The notes below the pieces were generated by a model. The model saw only the letters and a list, made by a program, of their open reading frames with translations. It was not told the origin of the DNA and ran no database searches. Made by a program: the position numbers and the translations under genes. A DNA stretch of 64,000 bases. It comes from Octopus sinensis. Taxonomy: Eukaryota. Below are positions 13,440-27,112 of the stretch, piece after piece; positions within the stretch are counted from its first letter, which is position 1, and each line of letters begins with the position of its first letter. The DNA is taken from assembly GCF_006345805.1 (NCBI RefSeq), contig NC_043012.1, positions 59,210,001 through 59,274,000 of the forward strand, in the 5' to 3' direction.

Positions 13440-13760
13440 CGAGTATCTTCTAATTCGCGGGGAAAATTGCGGAGAAAGACTCTTGTGAGTTTTCCCTGCT
13501 TATTGATAAAACTCAGGACGACATGTAGAGGCTAAACCGCGGCTAAGAAGAACAACAGCACCGTCAAAGATGGCGCCTTTAAACAGCAACATATAATACC
13601 ATCGCACTTAATATTGCTGATGGCGACGAGAGACATATGACTAAATACAGTAAGGAGAGCAGCTAGAAGCGTATTGACTGACTGAAATAGCTAGCCGCCG
13701 CCATCTTACCTCGCGGCACAAATACAATTGCCAGTCACATTATCAACGCCAGCTCCAACA
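13440..13760. promoter_or_regulatory. CpG-rich, repeat-free segment with YY1-like AAGATGGCG motifs; candidate promoter or first exon
   Basis: AAGATGGCG at 13567-13575 (+) and AAGATGGCGGCGGC at 13694-13707 (-); several CGCGG and CCGCGG words in an otherwise AT-rich window. Confidence 0.35.
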
Positions 13761-14129
13761 GCATCAGTGACAATGTTATAAGAGCAATAATAATAACTAC
13801 AACGATACAATCAGAGTCCTGTATCACCGCCACAATACCAACCCTAACATATCGCTGTCATTATCTCCTCCGCCACTTCACTACAACATTCGTTATCGTC
13901 ATTTTTGATTTCCTTCGGAAAAGAAGAACGTCGAGATATCTGAATATTATACGACACTTGAAGTTATATTGTTATTATTTCACTTCACATTTATATTTTC
14001 AGAATATCGTTGTGGTTAACCGTCACTCCTTAAGAAATTCCTGTTTACTTTAGATTTAGTTTCGTTTCTGATTTCTGCTTCAATTATATTTATCTTCTTC
14101 TTCTCTCTGTTGATTTATTATTATTATCA

Positions 14130-14193
<64 letters not shown>

Positions 14194-14194
14194 C

Positions 14195-14247
<53 letters not shown>

Positions 14248-14448
14248 CATTATTATTATTATTGTTATTATTATTATTATCGTTATTATCATTATTATTA
14301 TTAATATTATTATTATTATTATTATTATTATTTACTTATTTTTAGCTTTTAACTTTGCTTTAGTTGTATTTTGATTTTGAATTCGTTTAAATTTTCTTTT
14401 TTTATCGTTTGGCGTTTATGTTGGACTTTGTGTGTGTGCCTATATCTG

Positions 14449-14492
<44 letters not shown>

Positions 14493-14624
14493 TGTGTGTT
14501 TCCTATTGCTTCATCTGTGAAATGTAACCGCATAGATTGAGAGCCGCGGTGTAACGGCCTTTAATTCTCGTCGCGGAAGAAATTAACATCGGTTTATGAT
14601 GCACAACTTCGGTCGCAAGGCAAA

Positions 14625-14676
<52 letters not shown>

Positions 14677-14730
14677 TAATAATAATAATAGTAATAATAA
14701 TAATAATAATAATATAATAATAATATAATA

Positions 14731-14805
<75 letters not shown>

Positions 14806-15117
14806 TAGTAATAATAATAATAATTAATAATAATAATAATGAAGATGATAATAATAATAATAGTTACAAAAAACTATGATGATAACAATGTGATCGTCGC
14901 AATGATAATAATAACAGCAATAATAATAATATAATAATAATAATAATAATAATAAATAATAATAATAATAGTAATAGTAATAATAATAATGATGATATTA
15001 ATAACAATAATAATAATAATCATAATAATAATAATAATAATAATATAATAATAATAATAATAATAATAGTAATAGTAATAATAATAATAATAATAATAAT
15101 ATATAATAATAATAATA

Positions 15118-15195
<78 letters not shown>

Positions 15196-15463
15196 GTAAT
15201 AAAATAATAATATAATAATAATAATGAAGATGATAATAATAATAATAGTTACAAAAAACTATGATGATAACAATGTGATCGTCGCAATGATAATAATAAC
15301 AGCAATAATAATAATATTAATAATAATAATAATTAATAATATAATAATAATAATAATAATAATAATAGTAATAATAATAATGATGATATTAATAACAATA
15401 ATAATAATAATCATAATAATAATAATAATAATAATAATATTAATAATAATAATAATAATAGTA

Positions 15464-15518
<55 letters not shown>
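14625..15518. repeat. ~0.9-kb (TAA)n tract containing a ~385-390-bp tandem duplication
   Basis: Unique landmark gaagatgat...gttacaaaaaactatgatgataacaatgtgatcgtcgcaatg occurs at 14841 and 15226. Confidence 0.9.
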
Positions 15519-16119
15519 GAGAGACGAAATTTGTAAAGGAGAATTTCTTGTAAAATCAATAGAAAATTTCACATAGCTATTTAAATTTTTTTTTATTTTG
15601 TATATTTTTATTCGATTCAATTTCTTTCTTTAACTACTTCAATGAAAGATTCATCCTCTTTTACTCTGCAATCGCACATGCCCATATATATATATATATA
15701 TACATATTCACATACCATTATATATATATGCTTTCAAAATAGTGTATATCTTGTAATGTTCTTCAGCAAACTGCGTTCTTTTCATTAATACAAACTAAAC
15801 AAGCGTTTTGTTTCATTTTTACGAGGATACATCTTCCGTCATATTCACCGTAATTTAACTTGAATTTATTGTGTCTTGCTTAGAGAAGGATTTCGTTGTT
15901 CATTGTCTCATTTAATGAAATTTTATTGAATTATTCAACTGTCTCGTTCATTACGTTACAATATTCAAAAGCATCCTGTCGTAAATATAATTAGAGGACG
16001 CCACCTTCACATGTGTGAACACATGAATAAATTCATATATATGAATGTATGTATGTATGTATATATATGTGTATGTGTGTGTGTACGAGCTTGCGTGTTT
16101 GTGTTTAAGTGTGTAACTG

Positions 16120-16152
<33 letters not shown>

Positions 16153-16404
16153 GTATATATCTCTATGAATATATGTATGCATGCATATATATATATATTA
16201 TATATATATACACACATACGTATATATCTATATGAATATATGTATGTATGCATATATATATATATGTATATATATATATTAGATAGATTGATAGATAGAT
16301 AGACGTATATACATATACTCATAGTTCATATCTATGTTGGTATATGTATGTTTATGTATACTTTGAGATATATGAAATATCTCTGTATATACATATATAT
16401 ATAT

Positions 16405-16441
<37 letters not shown>

Positions 16442-16959
16442 GCATATTTCTGTGTCTGTATGTATTGATGTATGTATATATGCTTGCATGTATGCATATA
16501 TGTATGTGTGCGTGCGTATATGTTCCTGGTGGTGAAATCCAGTTCTATTAGGTGATAATTATCAGCTGTCCAATTACTGAAGCAACGTTTAAGTAATATA
16601 TATAATGTTAAATGGTGAGTTCTTTGATAGGGTAGCTGATAATGCTTTCTTTTCATTAATCTGTTATCTATTCATATATATATATATATATATATATTTA
16701 CTATGATAGATTTTCCCTCAGTATAACAGCAACGCATACATACTGTTTCTTGCTTTTTTCGACATTATTCTCTGAAACATACGCTTTACAACAAAGTGAG
16801 TTCTTACTAACACTGTTTTGATCCCAGGGCGAAGCTTTTATTCATTATGTTTAGCCTGTAATTAGCCCACTAAATGTTACACGGTTGAGGCAAAATCTGT
16901 CATGCATTTATTTCATCACGTTTTCTCATGAACAAACATTAAGTATTATAATGCATGTG

Positions 16960-17460
16960 TGGGCAGTTAAGTAAAACAGATATTCTGAGCAGAGGCAATT
17001 AAATCCAGAAATACAAACTCTGATCACACAAAATATTATGAAGAAATTATCATTTCCCTTCTATTAACTCTCCGCTCGATAACGCTAACATCGATGGCAG
17101 CGGATTTCAACTGGCCAGTGAATGCTTTTCTGGATTTTACTTATGACTGAAAGAGGAGAGAGTGTTGTCTGTATGGCTGGATGTACAAATTTAATCGGTT
17201 TTGTCACTGATGTTAAAACCAAATAATATCCACTTATATCTCTTTACCGCCACTTCCTACTCATCACTTCTGCTTTCGTACACATTGTATAATTTTATTT
17301 CACATTACTTGATTCGCCAAAAGAACACATCACCTAAAACATTACTAAAGCTTGAATGACAGAATAAACCACAGTCTGATGACGGCCAATGATCCGAAAC
17401 TTTGAAACTTATGTAAAAATGTTACCTTGTAAAAATTGATAAATATTTAGTCTATTAAAA
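16960..17460 (+). mobile_element. Possible highly decayed Penelope-like 3' end
   Basis: AEAI..IQKYK-like residue pattern near 16990-17025, followed by the partial hammerhead motif CTGATGA-CGG...CC-GAAAC at 17376-17400. Confidence 0.3.
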
Positions 17461-17931
17461 AGATCATTGAGTGAGCTTTCAATTCGATACTAATTTGTTT
17501 CTTATAACTTTGGGTAAATGCAAACATAAATATATCAAATTGAATATCTATTACAATGTCTTCACAATTTAGCATGTTTTACATGTATGCTATGATTTTC
17601 AGGAAAGGTAAGTAAATTTTAAGGAAGCGCCCACAATTCAAACTAGATTGATGTAGAGGGCAAGTCATACGTGAAGGTGAATCTAAATCCACAATCCAAG
17701 AAATGACTCGGAAGTGAGACAAAAATAAACAAATGGATTTTTAATAACAAGTTCTTCAATGAGAATAATTCTCGATGATTTAGAATTAAATGTGCTCGAT
17801 TTCTTAAGGAAAGTATAGCGTGTAGTATATAAAACGCATCACGATTTCAATATAGCTATCAATACGGTCCTCAATATTCTAAGAATAGAGCAATATATTT
17901 GTTTGTGTGCGTGTGTGTGTGTTTGTGTGTG

Positions 17932-18016
<85 letters not shown>

Positions 18017-18105
18017 AAGTAAGAAAAAAAAGAAGTGTTCAGTATATAACGTCGATTTAATACTAACAATATTTAGAATTTTGCATTGATATCGTCAGAT
18101 CAGTT

Positions 18106-18163
<58 letters not shown>

Positions 18164-18915
18164 ATATTATATATATATTATATATATATATAATATATAT
18201 ATATATTTATATTTATATATATATGGCAAGAATAAGGTAAGTACAAATATGTTTGTCACATATTTTAACTGCTTAAACGCAAATATATTGCAGTTACGGT
18301 AGAGAAAAAAACTTTCATGTGGTAAAAAGGTGTAAAAACACCCAGTCCGTTCAGAGTTGGCATCTATTAGGATTCTTAGGTATCGATGTTTCAAGTTTGT
18401 TGGTTATTTTCCATGAGATGTATCTAAGAGAGGCAACTTTAAACGGACTGATAAATCTACAATATATGTGTGTGTATGTATGTATGTATGTATGTATTTA
18501 TGTGTGTGTGTATGTATGTACGTATATATTTATGCATGTATGTATGTATGTATGCATATGTGTGTGTGTGTGTGTGTGTGTGTTTGTATATATGTTTGTA
18601 TGTGTATGCATATATGTATAAATGTATGTGTGAGTTTCGACACAATAGAAGACGCCTTTCATGCTTCACATTTACATCGAATCCGGGTTTAAAACCATGA
18701 GCCGATTTTCTTAATTACCAGTGACTGAAACAGATTTAAAAAAAAAAAAAACTTTCGATATAATATCTCTATTTATAATATTTAAAAATAAATCTGCATT
18801 ACAGGATTTTAGCAGAATGTATTGCTGCTGTTTCTAACGAGCTTAGGGAGTTCGTATACGTTCACTGTTCGGTAAATTTTATCACTGTGTTTAGTATAAA
18901 AAAATCTGAAGTATA

Positions 18916-19247
18916 CAACATGGCTGTATCGTATTTTACTGATCTGTGTGTGGAACATGGTTGTATCGTATTTTACTGATCTGTGTGTGCAACATGGCTG
19001 TATCGTATTTTACTGATCTGTGTGTGCAACATGGCTGTATCGTATTTTACTGATCTGTGTGTGCAACATGGCTGTATCGTATTTTACTGATCTGTGTGTG
19101 CAACATGGCTGTATCGTATTTTACTGATCTGTGTGTGCAACATGGCTGTATCGTATTTTACTGATCTGTGTGTGCAACATGGCTGTATCGTATTTTACTA
19201 ACCTGGGTATGCAACATAGCTGTAGCATATTTACCTAACCTGAGAAC
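18916..19247. repeat. 37-bp minisatellite: 8 near-identical units plus one degenerate unit
   Basis: Unit caacatggctgtatcgtattttactgatctgtgtgtg starts at 18916, 18953, 18990, 19027, 19064, 19101, 19138 and 19175; diverged unit at 19212. Confidence 0.95.
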
Positions 19248-19451
19248 AGTGGTACACAAATACAACTGTTTATGGTCGAAGTATTTGGATATAATTAATA
19301 CGAGCACAGAAGTTATTAGACCGTGTAGAAGAGTGTTCCAGAACATTTATTAGACCGGCCCACCTTTGATGACAAATTCAGTCGGCAAGCATTCTAATGG
19401 CATTCAAAAACAAATGGCGTTTAATTTAATTTGATTTTTATACTGTTTGAT

Positions 19452-19825
19452 TATGGCTGTGTGGTTAAGAAACGCAATTTACAACCAAGTGGTGTGTGTT
19501 CAGTGTCATTGCGTGGCACCTTGGGAAAGTGTCTTCCACTCTGTGTATTTGATAGGCGAAAACTGCGAGGAACCCGCTGAGTATGTGTGTATGTGTGTGT
19601 GAGTCAATGCGTCTGTACAAGTTTTGTGTTGATACTTGGCACCCTCCACCACTTGACAACCGGTTTGTTTTGTTTACGTTCCCGCAAACTAGCAGCTCAG
19701 CTAATGTGACCGATTGAAAACGTACAAGGTTTGCAATAAAAATAAGTACTAGGGTTGATTTGTCCAACTAAAACCCTTAAAGGTGATACCCATGCATGGT
19801 CGTAGTTCAATGATTGAAATAATTA
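19452..19825 (+). mobile_element. SINE family A, diverged
   Basis: Head tggctgtgtggt.aag, gcgtggcaccttggg.aagtgtctt, and tail aataagtactagg. Confidence 0.75.
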
Positions 19826-19979
19826 AATATATAAGATTAAAAAAAAACAGATAACGGAAATTAGGAAAAAGTCATTTAAAGAGAAGAAACTTTAATCACG
19901 AAAAAGTTTATAGTTAAACAATCAACTCCATTAGTTCATGCCTTTATGCCGTTAGCACCAAGCATAGTTTTACACAAAG

Positions 19980-20143
19980 GGAGCAGGATTGGCTGTGTGG
20001 TAAGTAGTTTGCTTACCAGCCACATGGTTTCTGGTTCAGTCCCACTGCGTGGCATCTTGGGCAAGTGTCTTCTACTATAGCCTCATGCCGACCAAAGCCT
20101 TGTGAGTGGATTTGGTAGACAGAAACTGAAAAAAAAAACGTCG

Positions 20144-20205
<62 letters not shown>

Positions 20206-20420
20206 TGTGTGTGTGTGTTTATGTGTCTGTGTTTATCCCCCCAACATTGCTTGACAACCGATGCTGGTGCGTTTGCGTCCCCGTAACGTAGCGGTTCAGC
20301 AAAAGGGACCGATAGAATAAGTACGAAGCTTACAAAGAATAAGTCCTGGGAACGATTTGCTCGACTAAAGGCGGTGCTCCAGCATGGCCGCAGTGAAATG
20401 ACTGAAACAGATAAAAGAAC
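19980..20420 (+). mobile_element. SINE family A, near full length
   Basis: Colinear with 59238-59650, including the central (TA)n(TG)n. Confidence 0.9.
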
Positions 20421-20479
20421 AAAAAAAAAAAGAATACAAGAGAACGAAGTTAATAACTCTTTTGTCACTGCTTATGTTT

Positions 20480-20625
20480 CACCGTGAAGGCACATCGTCC
20501 ACAGTGGTTACGGTAGTGCACTAACGGTCGCGAGATCGTCGTTTCGATTCGCGAGCCAAATGGTGCGTTACATTCTTGAGCAAAATATTTCGTTTCACAT
20601 TGCTCCAGTCCACTCAATTCTAAAT
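20480..20625 (+). mobile_element. SINE family D 5' fragment (tRNA head plus CORE-like segment)
   Basis: gtttcgattc B-box-like motif, then ttgagcaa.....tttcacattgctccagtccactca. Confidence 0.6.
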
Positions 20626-20939
20626 GATTAACTCTGCGATGGATTGATGGAAGAATTAGAAGCGGTGACATTTCGTGAAACTCGTGGGCAACGACATTCG
20701 CACTCATTTCAGCAACTCACCTCACGTTTCTATCCATTTAAAAGAACGCAGTTTGGAAATCCACCAGAGGACTTTTCCTTGATACAAATAGATATCTCTT
20801 CAAGCAAAAAATTTATTCAGGGTGAGGATAATGTCGTGATCTTAGTCACTTATACGTCTTGGCAACCGAGTAACCTACACTGTGAGTCCCAGGACTTGAG
20901 ATTGTAATATTTAAGGGACATAATATTATTATTTATTGT

Positions 20940-22500
20940 ATTTCACCGGTTTTTTGATAGTGTTTAATCTAGATTATTCGTTTAGTATATGACTGCCAAT
21001 CTCATGTTTTTGTCATGAACCATTCTTCATTCCATTCTGTACCTCGCTTTATTGTTTATTTTTTGTTTTTGTTTCTATATGCAGCATTATAGAAATCAAT
21101 TTCGTTGAGGTAAACTTTTGGAAACGGAATTATTGATTCGAGAGTAATTTCTACATGTTATTTAATGCTATGGATTTAGCTGTTTTAAACCAAGTTCTGT
21201 TAAGGAAAAGAATCAGGAAAGATCGTTGCTTACTTCGTTACATTGTAGATCCAGCAGCCCATCTTTAAAATTTTCGGTATCACATAAGTTCGATAAGAAT
21301 AGTTGCCGGATCCAGCCGTCAAGAGTTTCCTTCATATGTGCTTCTCAAACTTATCCTCAAGCTGTGACAGATGATTGCCAATTCCTGCTTTCGACGATGT
21401 ATCGATTTCCGGTTACTCTCGGATCCTTCCTACAAGCAGGGAAAATCAAAGGGAATATTCTTTATCAGTTCACCATTCCAAATTGAGACCATTTTGTTAA
21501 ACGCCTTAACCCTACCAAGTCACTGCAACCTGTTTGTTTAGAATTCCTAATTTCTGCTCATTGAAATACCCGAATACATTTGACAAAAAGAAATTCACAT
21601 CATACCAATTTTCCTTCTAAATTGTTTCTATTCTTTCGGAAGAAAATAGCAATTTTCTAAGACATGATAATAACCTTTTGTCAGCGTGCAGAAGAATGGG
21701 AAAACAGTAGTACTTGATTCGCGACTCTTAATTTCTTACAGAAATACTTGATATTCCAGTGAATGAGAGCTTTGTTTCGTCCGAAGATTTAAAAACTCTA
21801 CTTATGATCACTTGAAGTGTTGTGGTTAAAGTCTAAGCAACAATTTTATGTTGACGATTAATGCAGTGGTAAGTAATTTGGCGTTTGGTACACTGTTTTC
21901 ATCAGACCTGCAAAATAGAAGATGTAACCAAACATAGCTGATGCGCAAAGCTCCCAGGAAGTTTCACTCCAATTTATAATCAAAATATAAAATACCAGCA
22001 ACTTTAAAAGTGATTAGGAAGTGGTTCGCCAACCAGAAACTCTTTCTTCGAGGCATCATCATGCATCTGTCGGGTAAACAGAGCCAATTTCCTCATGGGT
22101 GTGACATCAGTCAATTCATTAACTTGAAAACTAATTAAGAATTAGAAGCGGTGACATTACGTGTATCTCGTGGGCAACGACATTCGCACTCATTTCAGCA
22201 ACTCACCTCACGGTTCTATCCATTTAAAAGAACGCAGTTTGGAAATCCACCGGAGGACTTTTCCTTGATACAAATAGATATCTCCTCAAGCAAAAAATTC
22301 CAGAATTGCTGTTGGTGACGAACGGAATTCAAGGCGTGGAAGATTTGTAATTTTGTCTTATCATATCGAGCACGTGTGATTTGTAATCTTTCAATAGTGC
22401 AATCCGCGTCTGGATATTTGCTTTCTAAAAAGCTCCTAGAGTGTTTTGAAGTTTTAAATTTGAACTGAACGTTACAAAATTGCAAAACGTTTACTACAAT
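20940..22500 (-). mobile_element. Decayed hAT (Buster/SPIN-like) transposase
   Basis: Minus-strand fragments LNSVRHQQQFWNFLLEEI, LGRVKAFNKMVSIWNGELIKNIPFDFPCL, ATILIEL and IIPFPKVYLNEIDF occur in the order expected for Buster/SPIN/GTF2IRD2-type transposases; many stops. Confidence 0.65.
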
Positions 22501-23462
22501 ATTATGCTCGATCAGGACACCCAGAGTTGTTTTGACAGATGTAAAACCTATACTCCGCCGATTCAGATTCTAAATTTGATAGCTTTTATACGGTTTAACT
22601 CCTATTGCCACTAAAAGGGACTTGGGTCATTGTAACAGTCAGACCCATTATAACTAGTTATAGCACCCAGATAAACGAATACAATGTGTAGCTGAGATAA
22701 TCTGCAATGATTTTTTTCAATTTAAAGATAAAGATAGGAGGTTACAGATTTTATTGCAATACAAGAACGAATTGTATTTGGCCATGGGTAAGGGAGGAAG
22801 ACACAGATACAAGCAAGGGTATAAGTTGAAGAGTGGTGATGACGGTGGCGGTGGCGTCATACTAGCAGAGGGGGGAAAGAGAGAGAGAGAGAGAAAGATG
22901 TTGAAAAGTGAAAATGAAAATTATTGTGAGGTGTGTCCGACATATAGTAAATTTTCAGTAAAATTTGTTACCAGTATTTTCGGTACCGATTTCAAATACA
23001 CTCCAGGTCGTGATGCCCATGGTTTTTCCAAGATAGATAAAATAACTAAAATAAACAGCAGTCAAATAATGAGGTCGATGGTACCAACTTATCTTCAACT
23101 CCGCTTCCTTACCTCAAAACTGATGGCTCTGTGACTAAATTTAAAAAATACAATTATAAGCAAAATTTCTTCAGATAATTCTCACCCCCCCCCCCCCCCA
23201 CTGAAATAGATTTTAGTACCACAGAACATGAATCAATGTTGTACAAAGAGGTATCATCCGTTCAATGAAAATATGAGCGTAGGTTTTCATAATACATGAG
23301 ATTTTTCCGGGTTACACGCAGACAAATTACATGATCAGTGTTTTAGTACGTTCTAATAGTTTTAAGCTTACGTATGATCTCGGTGACAGTTGTCATACTA
23401 TTTAATTTGTTGGACGCAAATCATTTTGAATATCAGTCATGTATATGTGTGTGCCTTTGTGC

Positions 23463-23500
<38 letters not shown>

Positions 23501-24389
23501 TATTTACCCAGTTATTTTGTCCGTTATAATTTTGTTGTTTTTATTAATTGTAATTGTTATGTAGTTGCAAAGTTAACGCTCACGCTCATAATACATAGGC
23601 ATTTGAATTAATTTTTATCTTCCCAGCCGTCCTTTCACACAGAATTTCGTCTATCTTTAAACCATAGTTCTGATGAGACTTATATAAGGGAATTGAACTA
23701 TTTATAAATCAAATAATGCATGTAAGTCAAAACAAATTGTTGGCGCTTTTGGTTTTTTAATGATTGTTTTTATGTAAATTTATATTATGCTCTATTCATA
23801 GTATATTATGTTATAATATAAATAAATTCTTGGAGTGTAATTTGTATCTCTCTCTATTTTCTTCATTGCTTGTTATTTGCATTGTACCCATATTTATGTG
23901 GTATTCAACTGAGGCACCAGTGAATTGAATGATTTACACACCCCTTTGAAATAATTCCTTTCCTTAGTTTGTTACTCAAGGAAAGTGAAAGGCGATTAGG
24001 GCCATGGCTGTATTTGAACTCACTTCGTACAGAAAAGAAACTAAATAGTGTATGTACTATTCACCGATTCAATCCGGCACCGTACCTTACAGATATGGCA
24101 CTCCACTATCTTCAATAATTTTCCTGATAATATAAATAATATGCTCGGTTCGGAATTTATATTTTATATGAACATGGAAAGATATTTTACCATAAGCTGT
24201 AGAGATCAAGTAATATTCTGGCTTCGTGTGAATTAATTTTCTGCTTAATACTACAATATGTATAGTATGTATCCATCTGAAAGAAGTAAGTGGCCGGTCG
24301 GTCAGCCAAATTCTTCAAGAGTTTCCATTATTCATATCAACAGAACAAAGCTTTCGAACCAAAATCCAATAATAGACTTTCATAAAACA

Positions 24390-24729
24390 TATTTATACAT
24401 AAATACGTAGATACATACAAATATACATATAAATACATACGAACATATATTCATATTTATGTAGATATGCATTGCACATGTACATATACTCAAAAATACA
24501 TGCATACATGCATACATACATAGATACATATATAAGTAGATATATACATACATCTATGTGCTTGTGTGTGTATATATATATATATAATATAGATGTATAT
24601 ATATATATATATAACAAGACATATTTATATATATCATATACATGAGATTATATATATATATATATAATATATATATATATAACAAGATATATTTATATAT
24701 ATATATTATATACATATCATAAGATTATA

Positions 24730-24813
<84 letters not shown>

Positions 24814-24838
24814 TATATACATATATTTATGTGCTTGT

Positions 24839-24903
<65 letters not shown>

Positions 24904-25045
24904 TATGCATATATACATATATATGCATATATACATATATATGCATATATATTTAGTTATATATGTGCATATATATTTATATATATATATAACATATATA
25001 TGCATATATATTTAGTTATATATGTGCATATATATTTATATATTT
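24390..25045. repeat. Degenerate (TA)n/(TATG)n tract with short internal duplications
   Basis: Direct reading. Confidence 0.85.
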
Positions 25046-26030
25046 TTTAAGACCAATCTGCGCCCTTATCACAGCACTAGTTCATTTACATGTCAGTTGA
25101 TTATTTTCGTCTCCGTAGTAAATTATTCTCGCTTTACGTAACCATAATCCATGTGTAAAACGTGTAACTGATGAATTCCTCTTTGCATTTCTACATAAAA
25201 ATATTATTGAAACAAAATCAAAAGCAAAAACCAAGGACAAAATTGAAGAACTGATATAAATAACAGACTAAGCAATGCAATAAGGAGCTTCATATTTCTG
25301 GACATATGTATATTAATTCTGATCATTTTTCTGTTCTTTTTTTTTTTTTTCACCGTCAATCTTTCTTTCTCTTTATTGTAGATGAAATACGTCTTGCGAC
25401 TTCGTTTAGGAGTGTATGTTGGTGAAAAATATTTAATATCAGTTGATGTTTCTCGACTTAGAATTTAATATTGCCAATGGAACGCTCCATAGACTTTTGT
25501 CGCGAGATAAATATAATCAGTCATGCCTACAAGCAATGTTTTAACGACTGAATACTTACAATTTATTAGAAAGTTTGTCGCAAAAATTCACCTCAAAATT
25601 GCATGGATGGATTTTTGCTTTTTCTTCTTTCTTCTCGTAGTTTTTTTACTTCCCTTTTTCTTTTTTCTTCTTTTCTTTTTTCTTTCTTTTCTTTTTTCTT
25701 CAGTAAAGAAAAGGTGAAGTGTCGAAAATATATTGTAGATATATATTTTAGGAAAACGACACAAACGCAACAAAAATTAATACTGATTTTGATTTGACTG
25801 TTGTGTTTGGCGCTGGATACAAAATATTGAATTATTTGTATAACCAGTACCGAAAGGAAAGAAAGAAAAAAAAAAACGAAAGCGACGCAGATGGCCGAAT
25901 TGATAATATGTCAGACTAGTGACAGAGGGGTCAATGGATCGTACTTCACGTCAGCTCTATTCAGAAATTAATCTTTCTTATATACATGCATACATACATA
26001 TATACATACATACATACACACACACACATA

Positions 26031-26063
<33 letters not shown>

Positions 26064-26564
26064 ATGAATATATATATATATAGTATAACTAGTGATACTA
26101 CTACTTATAGTAGTAACCAAACCTCTATACTGAAAGCAAAGAGAATGAAAATAATGTATGCGGAGCTCTAAATTCAAAACTAGCGATCATGCATTATATA
26201 TTGTACATGCTTCTATGTATGCATGCATGTATGTATGTATGTATGTATGCATGCATGTATGTATGTATGTATGTATGTATGCATGTATGTGTGCGTGTGT
26301 GTGTGTGTCTGTGTGTGTGTGTGTTCTTCTATATTGAATTATTTGAAATATTCTTGTAAGGAAGGAATTAGTTTCAAAGATAGAAAGCAACATCTTTCAA
26401 ATGTGTATAACACAGCAATGTTAGATTTTAAACTTGAGTAAAGTCTTGCATACTTTTACTGTTCCCCTTATAGATTGTATTTGTTATTTGCCTGTTAAGT
26501 GCTGTATGTATGTATGTATGTACGAATGTATGTATGTATGTATGTATGTATGTATGTATGTATG

Positions 26565-26595
<31 letters not shown>

Positions 26596-27112
26596 GCGTG
26601 TATGTTTCTTTTCTGGTTTTAATCTTTTAAATTCTTTCTCTGAAGATGGAGCTAGTTTCTAATACAGCTACAAAGCTCCATCTTTGGAATGTAGATAACG
26701 TAAACTATGTCACATTTTAAACCTGAGAAAAGTCTTGCATAGTTTTGTCGCTGTTGGTGCTACTGAGAACGTGTAACCGAGTACAATGTGCCCCATTTTC
26801 GAGCAGGCGGCGACTAAATCGGCTACCCGACTAAGCCTGTCAAAAGACGAAGAAACTTACTAGAGTCACCGACCATCCCATAGCTAGAAGTGGGAGACCG
26901 CTAACGACTGGGATTGAAAGACCCTAGTACTTGTTAAAACTTTTTTCGGGGAGAAGATAAACTCTTACAAACATCCAGAAGAGCAATTCCTTTCTTGGCG
27001 TTTCAATCTCTGTTCTGCCACTGGTGCTCCATATGGCTGTGCTAAAAATGGGTTCAGGGCACTGCAACACTTTATCCACTGTGAACAATTTCGGGCAGAG
27101 AAATATATAGAC

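Noticed and set aside
13691-14052. ~120-codon stop-free + frame without ATG
   Set aside because: Low-complexity composition, no start codon or recognisable domain; more likely UTR-like sequence.
17603-17607. Possible 5-nt microexon ttttcag-GAAAG-gtaagt
   Set aside because: Weak pyrimidine tract and no partner exons identified; such motifs arise by chance in 64 kb.
23664-23701. TGATGA inside a short terminal stem (C/D snoRNA- or hammerhead-like)
   Set aside because: No D box (CTGA) and no GAAA core or stem II.
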